Positions 26,906 to 38,286 of a DNA stretch of 64,000 nt are shown in pieces (within the stretch, counting starts at the first letter, position 1; each line of letters starts with the position of its first letter). Position numbers and translations under genes: made by a program. Below the pieces are notes generated by a model, which worked only from the letters and a program-made list of their open reading frames with translations, made no database searches and had not been told where the DNA came from. This DNA comes from an uncultured Gemmataceae bacterium (lineage in GTDB: Bacteria; Planctomycetota; Planctomycetia; Gemmatales; Gemmataceae): contig CAVVPN010000003.1 in NCBI GenBank assembly GCA_963750165.1, forward strand, positions 2,400,001-2,464,000, read 5' to 3'.

Positions 26906-27141
26906 GTGCCCGAGCAACGGCCCAACTCCCGCGAGTTGGGGCTTTACCTCACCATCTCGCAGGTGGGCATGGAGATGGTGGCGCCTGTGTTCGCGGGCTG
27001 GCTGCTGGGCGTCTGGCTGGACTGGCATCCGTGGCCGCTCATCGGTGGTGCCGTCCTCGGCCTGGTGGCCGGCCTGACGCACCTGGTGGTGCTCCAGAAC
27101 CGCGCCGACCGGAAGGCCCCCCCAGGAACGACGCACCGTGA
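26906..27141 (+). CDS. AtpZ/AtpI-family protein (apparent frameshift in the C7 run near 27120)
   Basis: SQVGMEMVAPVFAGWLLGVWLD.HPWPLIGGAVLG; GGAGG RBS; first gene of the atp operon. Confidence 0.7.
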
Positions 27142-27566
27142 TTCGGCCCCTGCGAGCGCTGTTGCTGGGCTGCCTGGTCTTCTGGGCCGTGGCGACCGGC
27201 CTGATTTACCTGTACTGGGACCGCCTGGGCCTGGCCGAGGCCGCGGTGCCGCGCGACGTGGCCCTGCTCGTGCATACCGTCGCCCTGGCCCTGTGCCTGG
27301 TGCCGATGACCGCGACGCTGCTGTGGGTCGGCTGGGCCAGCCACCAGGCGCCCGACCAGCAGCTGGCGTCGGTGCTGGGCGGCACTGGCGTGCGCATGTT
27401 CTTCGTGCTCGGCGTCGGGCTGATTCTGGCGAACGCGGTGCCGGTGTTCGCGCAGCATTCGATGTTGTTCTGGTTGTGGGTGTTGGTCGTCTATCTGGTC
27501 ACGCTCGGGTTGGAAATCGTCGTCCTGGTCCGCAGCCAGGAGGCGCTGAATACACCGCCGAAGTGA
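27138..27566 (+). CDS. Four-TM membrane protein in the AtpI position
   Basis: Hydrophobic helices, GGTGVRMF; directly upstream of atpB. Confidence 0.65.
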   Translation: MIRPLRALLLGCLVFWAVATGLIYLYWDRLGLAEAAVPRDVALLVHTVALALCLVPMTATLLWVGWASHQAPDQQLASVLGGTGVRMFFVLGVGLILANAVPVFAQHSMLFWLWVLVVYLVTLGLEIVVLVRSQEALNTPPK

Positions 27567-27636
27567 TAACTGTCCCGGCGAGCGGGGGGCTCACGCCCTC
27601 CGCTCGCCGGCCCTGGATAAAAGAGGACGCCGCGCG

Positions 27637-28605
27637 ATGGCCGATGATCCCATCAAAAACGTCCAGCATCACGTTCAGGACACGCACCCAAGCCACCCGG
27701 CCTGGCAATTTTTCGAGCAGCTGTTTGGCGGCTACGAAATCAAATTGGTGCAGATTCCACTCTGGGAAGGCTACACCTTCACCCTGACCAAGTTCATGAT
27801 ATTGGAGGTGATTGCCGCCGGGCTCATCATTGCCATCTTTGTGCCGATCGCGCGCCGCGCCGCCAGCGGCGGCCCGCCCACGGGTATCTGGTGGAATCTG
27901 TTCGAGAGCCTGTTGACCTTCATCCGCGACGAGGTGGCCCGGCCAACACTCGGCGCCCCCGAGGGCCACCACGATGAGGCCAGGGCCGGCGTCGAGCTGA
28001 CCGTGGACGGCCACGGCCCCGCCGCGGCGCACCACGGGCACCAGCACGGCCCCGCCGCGGACCACGAGAACCCAGCCGACAAGTACGTGCCGTTCCTGTG
28101 GACGATCTTCCTGTTCATCCTGTTCTGCAACCTGCTCGGCATGATCCCGTTCATGGGCTCGCCGACCGCGAGCATCTGGGTGACGGGGGCGCTGGGGTTG
28201 ATTAGTTTCTTTGTGATGCACGGTGTCGCAATTGCCAAGATGGGCTTCATTTCCTATGTGAAGTCCCTGTGGCCGCCCATGGAAATCCCGTGGCCCATCG
28301 CCATCTTCCTGAAGCCGATGATCTTTTTGATCGAGTTCTTCGGAACGATCATCAAGAGCGGGGTGCTGGCGGTGCGGTTGTTCGCCAACATGTTCGCGGG
28401 CCACACGGTGCTGGCGATGATTCTGTTCTTCATCGTCATGTCCGCCAACGTCGGGCCGGTGCTGTGGGGCGGCATCACCGTCGCCAGCGTGCTGGGCGTG
28501 GTCGCGTTGAGTTTGCTGGAGCTGTTCGTCGCGTTCTTGCAGGCGTATGTGTTCACCTTCCTCACGGCGCTGTTCATGGGGATGACATTGAACCCGTCGC
28601 ACTGA
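27637..28605 (+). CDS. atpB: ATP synthase F0 subunit a
   Basis: NLLGMIP, LAVRLFANMFAGH, ELFVAFLQAYVF. Confidence 0.96.
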   Translation: MADDPIKNVQHHVQDTHPSHPAWQFFEQLFGGYEIKLVQIPLWEGYTFTLTKFMILEVIAAGLIIAIFVPIARRAASGGPPTGIWWNLFESLLTFIRDEVARPTLGAPEGHHDEARAGVELTVDGHGPAAAHHGHQHGPAADHENPADKYVPFLWTIFLFILFCNLLGMIPFMGSPTASIWVTGALGLISFFVMHGVAIAKMGFISYVKSLWPPMEIPWPIAIFLKPMIFLIEFFGTIIKSGVLAVRLFANMFAGHTVLAMILFFIVMSANVGPVLWGGITVASVLGVVALSLLELFVAFLQAYVFTFLTALFMGMTLNPSH

Positions 28606-28606
28606 T

Positions 28607-28885
28607 CCGATTGCGGATTTTGGATTGCGGATTGCGGATTCGTTGTGGCACGGTCTGCGGATTCGTTGTGGCAGGGTCTCCTGACCGTGCCACGGATCCT
28701 GACCGAAGGTCTCCTCCGGGTAGAAGCAGGGAGACCTTCGGTCGCAGAGAGTGGCTTGGTCCGGAGACCAAGCCACAACAGAGGGTCGCAGAGAGTGGCT
28801 TGGTCCGGAGACCAGGCCACAACAGCCACAACAGAGACCTTCGGTCGGACCGAGTGGCCTGGTCCGGAGACCAGGCCACAACAGA
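28607..28885. repeat. Heptamer tandem (ATTGCGG-like) plus REP/BIME-like cluster
   Basis: Three copies of gtggc(c/t)tggtccggagacca(a/g)gccacaac and gaccgaaggtctc/gagaccttcggtc inverted units. Confidence 0.8.
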
Positions 28886-28937
28886 CCCCACGAATAGAAA
28901 CAGAACCTTTTTCTCAAGGGTCAGGAGCAGAATTGAC

Positions 28938-29297
28938 ATGAAACTGATGCGTGTGCTGGTACTGGTGTTCGTGGTGTTCGCGGTGGCGGCGCTGCCGGTG
29001 CTGGCCCAGCCGAAAGAGAAGCCGGCCGAGACGACCGCGGCCGCCCCGACGGTGCCGTCGTCGGTCTCGTTCGCGGGCGCCGGCCTGGGCGTCGGCATCG
29101 GCGCGGCCCTCACCATCGTCGGCGCCGGTTACGGCTTCGGCAAGATCGGTTCCGCGGCCCTGGAGAGCATGGCCCGCCAACCCGAAGTCCGCGGCAACAT
29201 CCAGACGGCCATGCTGATTATCGCGGCCCTGCTCGAAGGCGCCACGTTCTTCAGCCTGATCGTGTGCATCTTGCTCATGGGTCAGGCCAAGTTTTAA
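28938..29297 (+). CDS. atpE: ATP synthase F0 subunit c with N-terminal signal-like extension
   Basis: GAGYGFGKIG, ARQPE, AALLEGA; AGGAG RBS. Confidence 0.93.
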   Translation: MKLMRVLVLVFVVFAVAALPVLAQPKEKPAETTAAAPTVPSSVSFAGAGLGVGIGAALTIVGAGYGFGKIGSAALESMARQPEVRGNIQTAMLIIAALLEGATFFSLIVCILLMGQAKF

Positions 29298-29351
29298 CCG
29301 TGGTGGCGGGTGCCTTCGCTTCTGGAGGTGGTCGGTCTTCGAGAGGTGACC

Positions 29352-30011
29352 ATGCTGCGTGTGCGGTATTACTGGAACGTGGCCCTGGCGTGCGCCCTGG
29401 TCCTGGCGACCACGGGCAGCGCCTGGGCGGCCGACGACGCCCACAAGCAGGGCGCCGACCCCGGCGGCGAGGCCGGCAAGCTGGACATCTTCGCCGGCGC
29501 CGTCGATCTGGCCATCTGGACCATCGTCGTCTTTCTGATCCTGTTGTTCATCCTGAGCAAGTTCGCCTGGAAGCCGATGCTCGAAGGGCTCAAGAAGCGC
29601 GAGGAGAGCATTCGCGGGGCGGTCGAGGAGGCCAAGGTCGCCCGCGCCGAGACGGCCCGGATGCAGGCGGAGTTCCAGCGCAAACTGGACGACGCCCATC
29701 AGCAAATCCCGAAGCTCATGGAGCAGGCCCGCCGCGACGCCCAGCAGCTGGCCGAGGAGATGCGCGCCAGGGCTAACGCCGACATCGCCGCCGAGCGGCA
29801 GCGGTTGCGCCGCGAGATCGACACCGCCACCGACCAGGCCCTGCAAACCCTCTGGACGAAGGCCGCCGACATCGCCGCCGACATCGCCGGCAAGGCCATC
29901 CGCCGGTCGCTGACCGAGGACGATCAGCGGCGGCTGGTCGAGGAGTCCATGAATGAACTGCGGGTCGCCGGGGAGGCGCGGTTGAAGGAAACCAACGGGG
30001 CCCGCGCATGA
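29352..30011 (+). CDS. atpF: ATP synthase F0 subunit b
   Basis: WTIVVFLILLFILSKFAWKPML...REESI followed by coiled coil. Confidence 0.93.
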   Translation: MLRVRYYWNVALACALVLATTGSAWAADDAHKQGADPGGEAGKLDIFAGAVDLAIWTIVVFLILLFILSKFAWKPMLEGLKKREESIRGAVEEAKVARAETARMQAEFQRKLDDAHQQIPKLMEQARRDAQQLAEEMRARANADIAAERQRLRREIDTATDQALQTLWTKAADIAADIAGKAIRRSLTEDDQRRLVEESMNELRVAGEARLKETNGARA

Positions 30012-30640
30012 GTGAGCACAACGAGGGCGCCCGCTACCACGCCCCCAGCGATGTCGGCGCGCAGCGGCTGGCCCGGGTCTACGCCGAGGCCCTGCTGCGC
30101 GGCGCCGTGAGCGAGAACCAGGTGGACGGGGTGCTGGAGTCACTGGAGTCGCTGGTCCAGGATGTCTTCCAGGCGCAGCCGCTGCTGGAAGAGATGTTCG
30201 CTGCCCCCGTGGTGCCGCCGCACGTCAAGGAAGAGGCCATCAACCGCCTCTGCGAGGGCCGGGCCAGCGATCTGTTCCGCAAATTCCTCCTCGTCGTCAA
30301 CCACCACGGCCGTCTGGAACTGCTGCGGCTCATCGCCCAGGAACTGCACAAGCTGGTCGATGAGCGTGCCCACCGTGTCCACGTCCTGGTGCGGGCGGCC
30401 GCGCCGCTGGCGGACGACCAGCGCCAGCGCCTGGCAGAGTTCATCGGCGGCGCCCTGCACCTGGAGCCGGTGCTCGACGTGCAGATCGAGCCGGAACTGC
30501 TGGGCGGTTTGGTGGTGCGCGTCGCCGACTGGCAGTTCGACGGTTCGGTGCGCACCCGGCTGTTGAACATCCGGAACCAAATCATTGAGAGAAGTAGCCA
30601 TGAGATTCAAACCGGACGAGATCGTTTCCGTACTGACTAA
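30008..30640 (+). CDS. atpH: ATP synthase F1 subunit delta
   Basis: [19 protein letters not shown]...DGSVRTRL. Confidence 0.93.
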   Translation: MSEHNEGARYHAPSDVGAQRLARVYAEALLRGAVSENQVDGVLESLESLVQDVFQAQPLLEEMFAAPVVPPHVKEEAINRLCEGRASDLFRKFLLVVNHHGRLELLRLIAQELHKLVDERAHRVHVLVRAAAPLADDQRQRLAEFIGGALHLEPVLDVQIEPELLGGLVVRVADWQFDGSVRTRLLNIRNQIIERSSHEIQTGRDRFRTD

Positions 30641-32308
30641 AGAGATCGAGGACTACCGCAAGACCAGCGACGCCCGCGAGGTCGGCAAGGTGCTGGAGGT
30701 CGGCGACGGCATCGCCCGCATTTACGGCCTGGGCGGCGTCATGGCCGGCGAGATGGTCGATTTCGCGCACGGGGGTGCGCGGCGTCGCCTTCAACCTGGA
30801 AGAGAACTCGGTCGGCGTCATCATCCTGGGCGAATTCCTGGAGATCGCCGAGGGCGATGAGGTGCGCGTCACCGGCGAGCTGCTGCGCGTGCCGGTCGGC
30901 GACGCGCTGATTGGCCGCGTGGTTGATCCCCTGGGCAACCCACTGGACGGCAAGGGGCCGATCATCACGTCGCTGTCGCGGCCGGTGGAGTCGATGGCCC
31001 CCGGCGTCGCCGGCCGCCAGCCGGTCAACCAGCCGCTGCAAACCGGCATCAAGGCCATCGACGCCATGACGCCCATCGGCCGCGGTCAGCGCGAACTCAT
31101 CATTGGCGACCGCAAGACCGGCAAGACGGCCATCGCCGTCGATGCGATCATCAACCAGCGTGACCAGAAGGTGATCTGCGTCTACGTCGCCATTGGCCAG
31201 AAGGAATCGACGGTGCGTGCCGTCGTCGAGGCGCTGCAGGCGCACGGGGCGATGGACTACACGATTGTGGTGATCGCCACCGCCGCGGACCCGGCGCCCC
31301 TGCAGTACATCGCGCCCTACGCCGGCTGCGCGATGGCCGAGTATTACGTGTACGAGCAGGGCCGCGACACGCTCTGCGTCTACGACGACCTGACGAAGCA
31401 GGCGGCGGCGTACCGGCAACTGTCGCTGCTGATGCGGCGGCCGCCCGGCCGTGAGGCGTACCCCGGCGACGTGTTCTACGCCCACTCGCGCCTGCTCGAA
31501 GCGCTCGGCCAAGACGGCGGAGGAGTACGTCATCGTGCCGCAGGAGGCCGACCCGGCGAAGGTCAAGGCGGACTGGGGCGTCAACAATTTGCAGGGCGAG
31601 AAGCGCCAGCCAGGTGAGCCGGGCAAGGTCTACTACGGCCCGCTCGACAAGGAGATCGCCGAGAAGCACGACGTGCAAAAGTTCCCGGGCTGCAAGGTGG
31701 TGAAGGTGCCGAACACCGGCGGTTCGCTGACGGCGCTGCCGATCATCGAGACGCTGGAAGGCGAGGTGTCGGCGTACATCCCGACGAACGTGATTTCCAT
31801 CACGGACGGCCAGATTTATTTGCAGCCGGACCTGTTCTACGCCGGCGTGCGGCCGGCGGTGGACGTGGGCATCAGCGTGTCGCGCGTGGGCGGCAAGGCG
31901 CAGATCGCAGCAATGAAGCAGATCGCCGGCAGTCTGCGGCTGGACCTGGCGTCGTTCCGCGAACTGGAGGCGTTCGCGCAGCTGGGCACCGACCTCGACA
32001 AGGCGACGCAGCAGCAGCTGGACCGCGGTTACCGCATGGTCGAGATTCTGAAGCAGGGCCAGTACAAGCCGATGCACGTCATCGACCAGGTGATGATTAT
32101 TTACGCCGGCACCAAGGGCGCGCTGGACAAGGTGCCGCGCAACCAGGTGTCGGCGTGGGAGGAGCAGTTCCTGCGCTTCATGCGCGAGCAGCGGGCGGAC
32201 ATGCGCAACGCGCTCATCAAGGAAGGCAAGCTGAAGGGCAAGGACGATGACCGGCTGAACGCGGCGATTGCGGACTTCCAGCACCAGTTCAAGGCACCGG
32301 GCAAGTAA
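30600..32308 (+). CDS. atpA: ATP synthase F1 subunit alpha (two apparent +1 frameshifts near 30772 and 31500)
   Basis: [42 protein letters not shown] spread over three ORFs. Confidence 0.93.
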
Positions 32309-32323
32309 CCGTGAGGTTGAACC

Positions 32324-33226
32324 ATGGTCCCCCGAATCCACCGCGTTGTGGCGATGGTAGCTGTGCTGGCTGCCCTGCTCTTGGGCTGCTCCTCGGAGCA
32401 GAAGGACAAGGACGGCAAGAGGGACGAGGCCGTCAGGTCAGACAAGGACCACAGCAAGGGCCAAGGTAGGCGTGTCGAGGAAAATCCGGAGCATGAGCGG
32501 GCCGCCAGGATGGACAAGGGCTGGTATCCGGAGACAAACGGCAAGAAGGCCGAGGACGCCGGCAAGCCGGACTTCACGCTGACCGGGAAGGAGTTCATCC
32601 GTGAGTTCCTGAAGGACAAGAAGGCGGCCGGCAAGAAGTACGACAACAAGGTGGTCCGGCTTACCGGCGAGGTCCGCGGGGTGAGAGCCAAGGACGCGGG
32701 CAAATCTGTGGCCGTCCAGCTCGAAGGATTCAAGCAGAGCGCGGAGGATCCCATCGGCACGTGGGTGGAATTCGATCTGGCGCCGGAATTCACGGGGACG
32801 GGGTTGGAACTGTCTGGGGGTCAGAAGATCGAGATTACCGGTAAATTCGAGATATGGCTGAGTTACTTCGCCCGCCTGGAGCGCGGGGTGCTCAAGGAAC
32901 TGGGTAGGTCGGAGGCGGTGAAGATCGCCGCGTCCGACCTGGCCAAGGATGTCGCCGCCGCACCCAACACCACGAAATATGCCGGCAAAGTGATTATCGT
33001 CGCTGGCGAGTTGGTAGACGTGACCAAAGACAAACAGAGAGATACCACCTACTTCGCCAGGCTCAAGGGCGACGGTAAGGCACAGGTGATGGTGATCCTG
33101 GGCGACGAGAGCGGCCGACTGCTCAAGAAGGGGCAGTCCGTCCGCCTGCGTGCCGTAACGACTTACCCCCTGTTCGAGAACAACGAAGTTCGCCTCCACC
33201 AGGGGTACGTCGTGGAGATCAAGTAG
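32324..33226 (+). CDS. Lipoprotein with two OB-fold (tRNA_anti-like) domains
   Basis: Lipobox LLGC; duplicated pattern KKYDNKVVRLTGEV / KYAGKVIIVAGEL. Confidence 0.7.
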   Translation: MVPRIHRVVAMVAVLAALLLGCSSEQKDKDGKRDEAVRSDKDHSKGQGRRVEENPEHERAARMDKGWYPETNGKKAEDAGKPDFTLTGKEFIREFLKDKKAAGKKYDNKVVRLTGEVRGVRAKDAGKSVAVQLEGFKQSAEDPIGTWVEFDLAPEFTGTGLELSGGQKIEITGKFEIWLSYFARLERGVLKELGRSEAVKIAASDLAKDVAAAPNTTKYAGKVIIVAGELVDVTKDKQRDTTYFARLKGDGKAQVMVILGDESGRLLKKGQSVRLRAVTTYPLFENNEVRLHQGYVVEIK

Positions 33227-33227
33227 C

Positions 33228-34121
33228 ATGGCCAAAACCCGCGTCCTCGTCAAGCGCCGCAAGGCCGTCCGCAACATCCGCAAGATCACGCGGACGATGG
33301 AGCTGATCGCCACGGCCCGCTTCAAAAAAGCGCTCGACCGTGCCAGCGAGGCCCAGGCGTACACGCAGAAGATCGCCGAGATGGCCGCCGACCTCAGCGC
33401 CAGCGCCACCGGCATCAGCCACCCGCTGCTGGTCCAGCGCGAGACGGTCAAGAGCGTCATGCTGCTGGTCATCACGTCCAACCGCGGCCTGTGCGGCGGC
33501 TACAACGCCAGCATCATGCGTGAGGCCACGGCCCGCATCCGCCAGATTCAGCAGAGCGGCGTCACGCTGCACCTGGAACTGTCCGGCAAGAAGGCCATCA
33601 CCTACTACCGCTTCCAGGGCGTGCAGGCCGAGCGCACCTACACCAACTTCGAGGACAAGCCGCGCTTCGACGAGGTGGACGAACTGGCGGTGCGCTACAT
33701 CGACGGCTACATCAAGGGCCAGTACGACCGCGTCGAGGTGGCGTACATGAAGTTCCTGAGCGCCGCGAAGCAGACGCCGGTGGTCGAGACGCTGCTGCCG
33801 CTGGCGACGGTGCCCGGCCAGGGCGAAGGCGGGGCGCCGGCCGCGGCGGGCAAAAAGAAGACGGTCGAATACGAGTTCCTGCCGAGCGCCGCCAACATTC
33901 TGGAAGAGATTCTGCCGGTGTCGTTCAAGGCGCGGCTGTTCAAGTGCTTCCTGGACGCGGCGGTCGGCGAGCAGATCGCGCGGCGCGTCGCCATGAAGGC
34001 GGCCACCGAGAACGCCGGCGACATGATCAAGAACCTGACGCGGCTGTACAACCGTGCCCGGCAGGCGCAGATTACAAAAGAGATCGCAGAAGTGATCGGG
34101 GGCGCAGAAGCCCTAAAATAA
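33228..34121 (+). CDS. atpG: ATP synthase F1 subunit gamma
   Basis: KITRTMELIA, NRGLCGGYN, RARQAQITKEIAEVIGGA. Confidence 0.96.
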   Translation: MAKTRVLVKRRKAVRNIRKITRTMELIATARFKKALDRASEAQAYTQKIAEMAADLSASATGISHPLLVQRETVKSVMLLVITSNRGLCGGYNASIMREATARIRQIQQSGVTLHLELSGKKAITYYRFQGVQAERTYTNFEDKPRFDEVDELAVRYIDGYIKGQYDRVEVAYMKFLSAAKQTPVVETLLPLATVPGQGEGGAPAAAGKKKTVEYEFLPSAANILEEILPVSFKARLFKCFLDAAVGEQIARRVAMKAATENAGDMIKNLTRLYNRARQAQITKEIAEVIGGAEALK

Positions 34122-35699
<1,578 letters not shown>

Positions 35700-35702
35700 C
35701 GC

Positions 35703-36293
35703 ATGGCCGGACAACTGCAGTGCGTGGTGGTGACGCCGGAGCGGGCGCTGTTCGACGAGACCGCCGACTTCGTGGCGCTGCCGATGTACGACGGCGAGCT
35801 GGGCGTCGCGCCCGGCCGGGCGCCGCTGATCGGCCGGCTGGGCACGGGTGAGCTGCGGACGAAGAAGGCGGGCGTGACGAAGCGCTACTTCGTGGACGGG
35901 GGCTTCGCCCAGGTGCGCGACAACGTGGTGACGGTGTTGACCGAGCGGGCGCTGAAGGCGGAGGAGATTTCGCTGGAGGCGGCGCAGGCGGCGCTGCACC
36001 AGGCGCAGCAGCCGGCACTACAGCCGGGGGAGCAGGCGGCGCACGAGAAGGCGCAGCAGCGGGCGCGGGCGCAGTTGCGGATCGCGCAGAGCGCGAGGGG
36101 GAGACGACGCTGTGACCGCGGGCGGAGCCGTGACATTTCAGGGTTAAATGGCTTTTCCGACCAGGGCGTCGGCAGTGTCGGGCAGGCCATTGCGGCGCAG
36201 GGCATCGAGGTATTCGCCGGGAGACATGGCGGGGCGCGACATGCTGGCGCGGTGCTCGGTCGCCGCTGCCACGACGACTCCGATTTCCAGTAA
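35703..36293 (+). CDS. atpC: ATP synthase F1 subunit epsilon (true end probably near 36115)
   Basis: VVTPER, GELGVAPGRAPL, FVDGGFAQV; the tail beyond ~36100 overlaps the convergent PIN gene. Confidence 0.88.
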   Translation: MAGQLQCVVVTPERALFDETADFVALPMYDGELGVAPGRAPLIGRLGTGELRTKKAGVTKRYFVDGGFAQVRDNVVTVLTERALKAEEISLEAAQAALHQAQQPALQPGEQAAHEKAQQRARAQLRIAQSARGRRRCDRGRSRDISGLNGFSDQGVGSVGQAIAAQGIEVFAGRHGGARHAGAVLGRRCHDDSDFQ

Positions 36294-36713
36294 CCGCCGG
36301 ATAAAAATGTCTGGGGGTTCGGCGGTCACACCAAATGGGTTTAACACGGCGGCGGGAAAATCGGCGACGTTCTGCGTCACGATGACATCCGCCACGCAGG
36401 CCAGGGCTGCGGCGAGCACATGGCGGTCGTCAAGGTCCGGCAGCTGCAGCCGCGGGATCCACCGCCGGTACTGGTACACCCGACAGCCGGCCACATGTTC
36501 ATCCAGGAGCCGGGCCGTTCGCCGCAGCGCGGGGCGTTGCAGATCTCGCCGATTGCGTAACACGGCGCGAATCCACTCCTGGTGAATACGCCCCGTCCAC
36601 TTGCCGCGCAATTTCTTCTGTCTGCGGCCGTGAATCGCCAGCCAAACCAGAAAATCTCTCAAAAAGCTGGAGTAGAGCACACAGGCGTCGTAGACGGCGA
36701 CCAGCGGTTCCAT
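36144..36713 (-). CDS. PIN-domain protein
   Basis: VYDACVLY, LPDLDDRHVLAAA...DVIVTQNVADFP. Confidence 0.88.
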   Translation of the reverse strand: MEPLVAVYDACVLYSSFLRDFLVWLAIHGRRQKKLRGKWTGRIHQEWIRAVLRNRRDLQRPALRRTARLLDEHVAGCRVYQYRRWIPRLQLPDLDDRHVLAAALACVADVIVTQNVADFPAAVLNPFGVTAEPPDIFIRRLLEIGVVVAAATEHRASMSRPAMSPGEYLDALRRNGLPDTADALVGKAI

Positions 36714-36719
36714 GTCGGC

Positions 36720-37130
36720 TCACTTATCCGGCGGGTCCGATTCGTAGAGCCCCAGTTCTTGCGAAATGCGGGTGATCTCCTCGGCGGCCTTCTTCGCTTG
36801 CTGGTACATTTTTTCGTTCTGTTCCAGCAAAGCGGCACTTGGAATGCGGCGGCGCTTCCCTGCCCGGTGACAGGGCAACTCGCCGCGTCGGATCAACTTG
36901 AGGATGAACTCGCGCGAGACGTCCAGGAAGTCTGCGGCCTGGGTGACCGTCATCTCTTCGGGCAAGGGCTGGTTCGCCCCCGCGATGGCCCGCTGGACGG
37001 CGGCCTCGAAGATCGGCGACACTTCCATGGGCCTCCCGTTGACGGGGACTTCGCCGTTGCCATCCGGCCGCGATCCTGAGGGGGTTTCGCCGTTGGTAGT
37101 GGGCTCAGGCGCGGGCGTCGGATCCGTCAT
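36720..37130 (-). CDS. Excisionase-family HTH DNA-binding protein (putative antitoxin partner of PIN)
   Basis: MTVTQAADFLDVSREFILKLIRRGELP..RAGKRRRI; SQELGLY tail. Confidence 0.85.
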   Translation of the reverse strand: MTDPTPAPEPTTNGETPSGSRPDGNGEVPVNGRPMEVSPIFEAAVQRAIAGANQPLPEEMTVTQAADFLDVSREFILKLIRRGELPCHRAGKRRRIPSAALLEQNEKMYQQAKKAAEEITRISQELGLYESDPPDK

Positions 37131-37320
37131 GGCATGCTCCAACTTTGTCCGATGTGTTTGGGGTTTTCACACCGAAGGTGACGATGCAGCACAAATAATC
37201 GTGGCCACACCACAATCAGATTGTACCCACAATGTCGTCGAATTTCCTCGCCAGTTTTGAGGGGCCGGGCTACGATGAGCCCGTGTCCCCGCGTTCTCGT
37301 AGCCACTCCGGAGGCCGGTC

Positions 37321-37746
37321 ATGGCGGATCTCACCCTGCTGGCGACGCTCAAGGACAAGCTCATCCACGCCACCAACTTCGCCGACGTGTCGCGCTACTT
37401 CTTCGACCACTTCGGCGACGACCCCGAATTCATCAAGCTCGGCGAGGCGACGCGCCATCCGTTCCTGGAGGCGGTGGTGGCGCAGGTGGCCGGCCAGATT
37501 TTCGGCCAGGCGGCGCTCGCGGCCGGCAAGGACGCGCTGCTGAACAGCGTGCTGCTGACGCGCCTGGCGGACCACCAGTTCATTCACGGCGGCCTGAACG
37601 TCGCCGGCCACGTCGGCACCATCATCTACTTTGAGGACGAGGGCGTCGGCCTGGTGTCCGTCGCCATGTCGATGTCCGGGGACATGCAGTTCGCGCGCTT
37701 CCGCGGCCAGCGGCTGCAGCGCGTGCCGAAACCCTCGGACAACTGA
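37321..37746 (+). CDS. Conserved hypothetical protein
   Basis: GGAGG RBS; YFFDHFGDDPEF, FIHG, IIYFED..VGL. Confidence 0.75.
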   Translation: MADLTLLATLKDKLIHATNFADVSRYFFDHFGDDPEFIKLGEATRHPFLEAVVAQVAGQIFGQAALAAGKDALLNSVLLTRLADHQFIHGGLNVAGHVGTIIYFEDEGVGLVSVAMSMSGDMQFARFRGQRLQRVPKPSDN

Positions 37747-37823
37747 GCGGCACGCCGGCGCGCCGGCATTTTTCGGGTTTTCGACCGCGCAAAAGCGGCC
37801 GCCAGCCGCTACAATCAAGGGAA

Positions 37824-38267
37824 ATGAACCCGACGCCTTACCGCCGCCTCGTCGCCATGCTGGTGCTGGGCCTGTACGTCACGGCCTGCTTGCTGCCCGC
37901 CGCCTGCGATGGGGAGGGTGGCCAGGTGTTTACGGGCGCGGAAACCTCGTTCGCTGTCTGGCTGCTGCTGTCCGACAGCTGGCGGCTGCTGTCCGACCGG
38001 CCCGAATCCGTGAGGAATGTGCTGAGCATCGGGCTGCTTGCGCTCGCCAATTGCTTGCTGGTGCTGGGGTGGCTGTGTCTGGTCTGCAACCAACACGACT
38101 TCGCGGCAGTGTGCGGTTGGCTGGCGGTACTGGCCGCGGCTCCGGCCTGGCTGATTGGTGTCCCCCTGCTGGAGGGCTATTACCTCTGGCATCTGAGCAT
38201 GCTGGTGCTGGCGGTGACGGCGATGCTCTTGCCGTGGCCGAGCGACGGGCACAAGGTTCGCCCTTGA
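37824..38267 (+). CDS. Hypothetical membrane protein
   Basis: Four hydrophobic segments, GYYLWHLS motif. Confidence 0.65.
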   Translation: MNPTPYRRLVAMLVLGLYVTACLLPAACDGEGGQVFTGAETSFAVWLLLSDSWRLLSDRPESVRNVLSIGLLALANCLLVLGWLCLVCNQHDFAAVCGWLAVLAAAPAWLIGVPLLEGYYLWHLSMLVLAVTAMLLPWPSDGHKVRP

Positions 38268-38286
38268 GTTTCGCACCGAGACGGAC

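Noticed and set aside
28740..28885. Three ~32-bp palindromic repeats as a CRISPR array
   Set aside because: Spacers are short, irregular and related to each other; no cas genes; located inside the atp operon. Fits REP/BIME.
30760..31510. Programmed frameshifting or a real pseudogene in atpA
   Set aside because: No slippery heptamer, the rest of the operon is intact, and similar single-base indels are scattered through the window, so sequencing error is more likely.
36144..37130. HTH gene as a prophage excisionase
   Set aside because: The HTH + PIN pair is a common TA-like module, with no adjacent integrase or att site.
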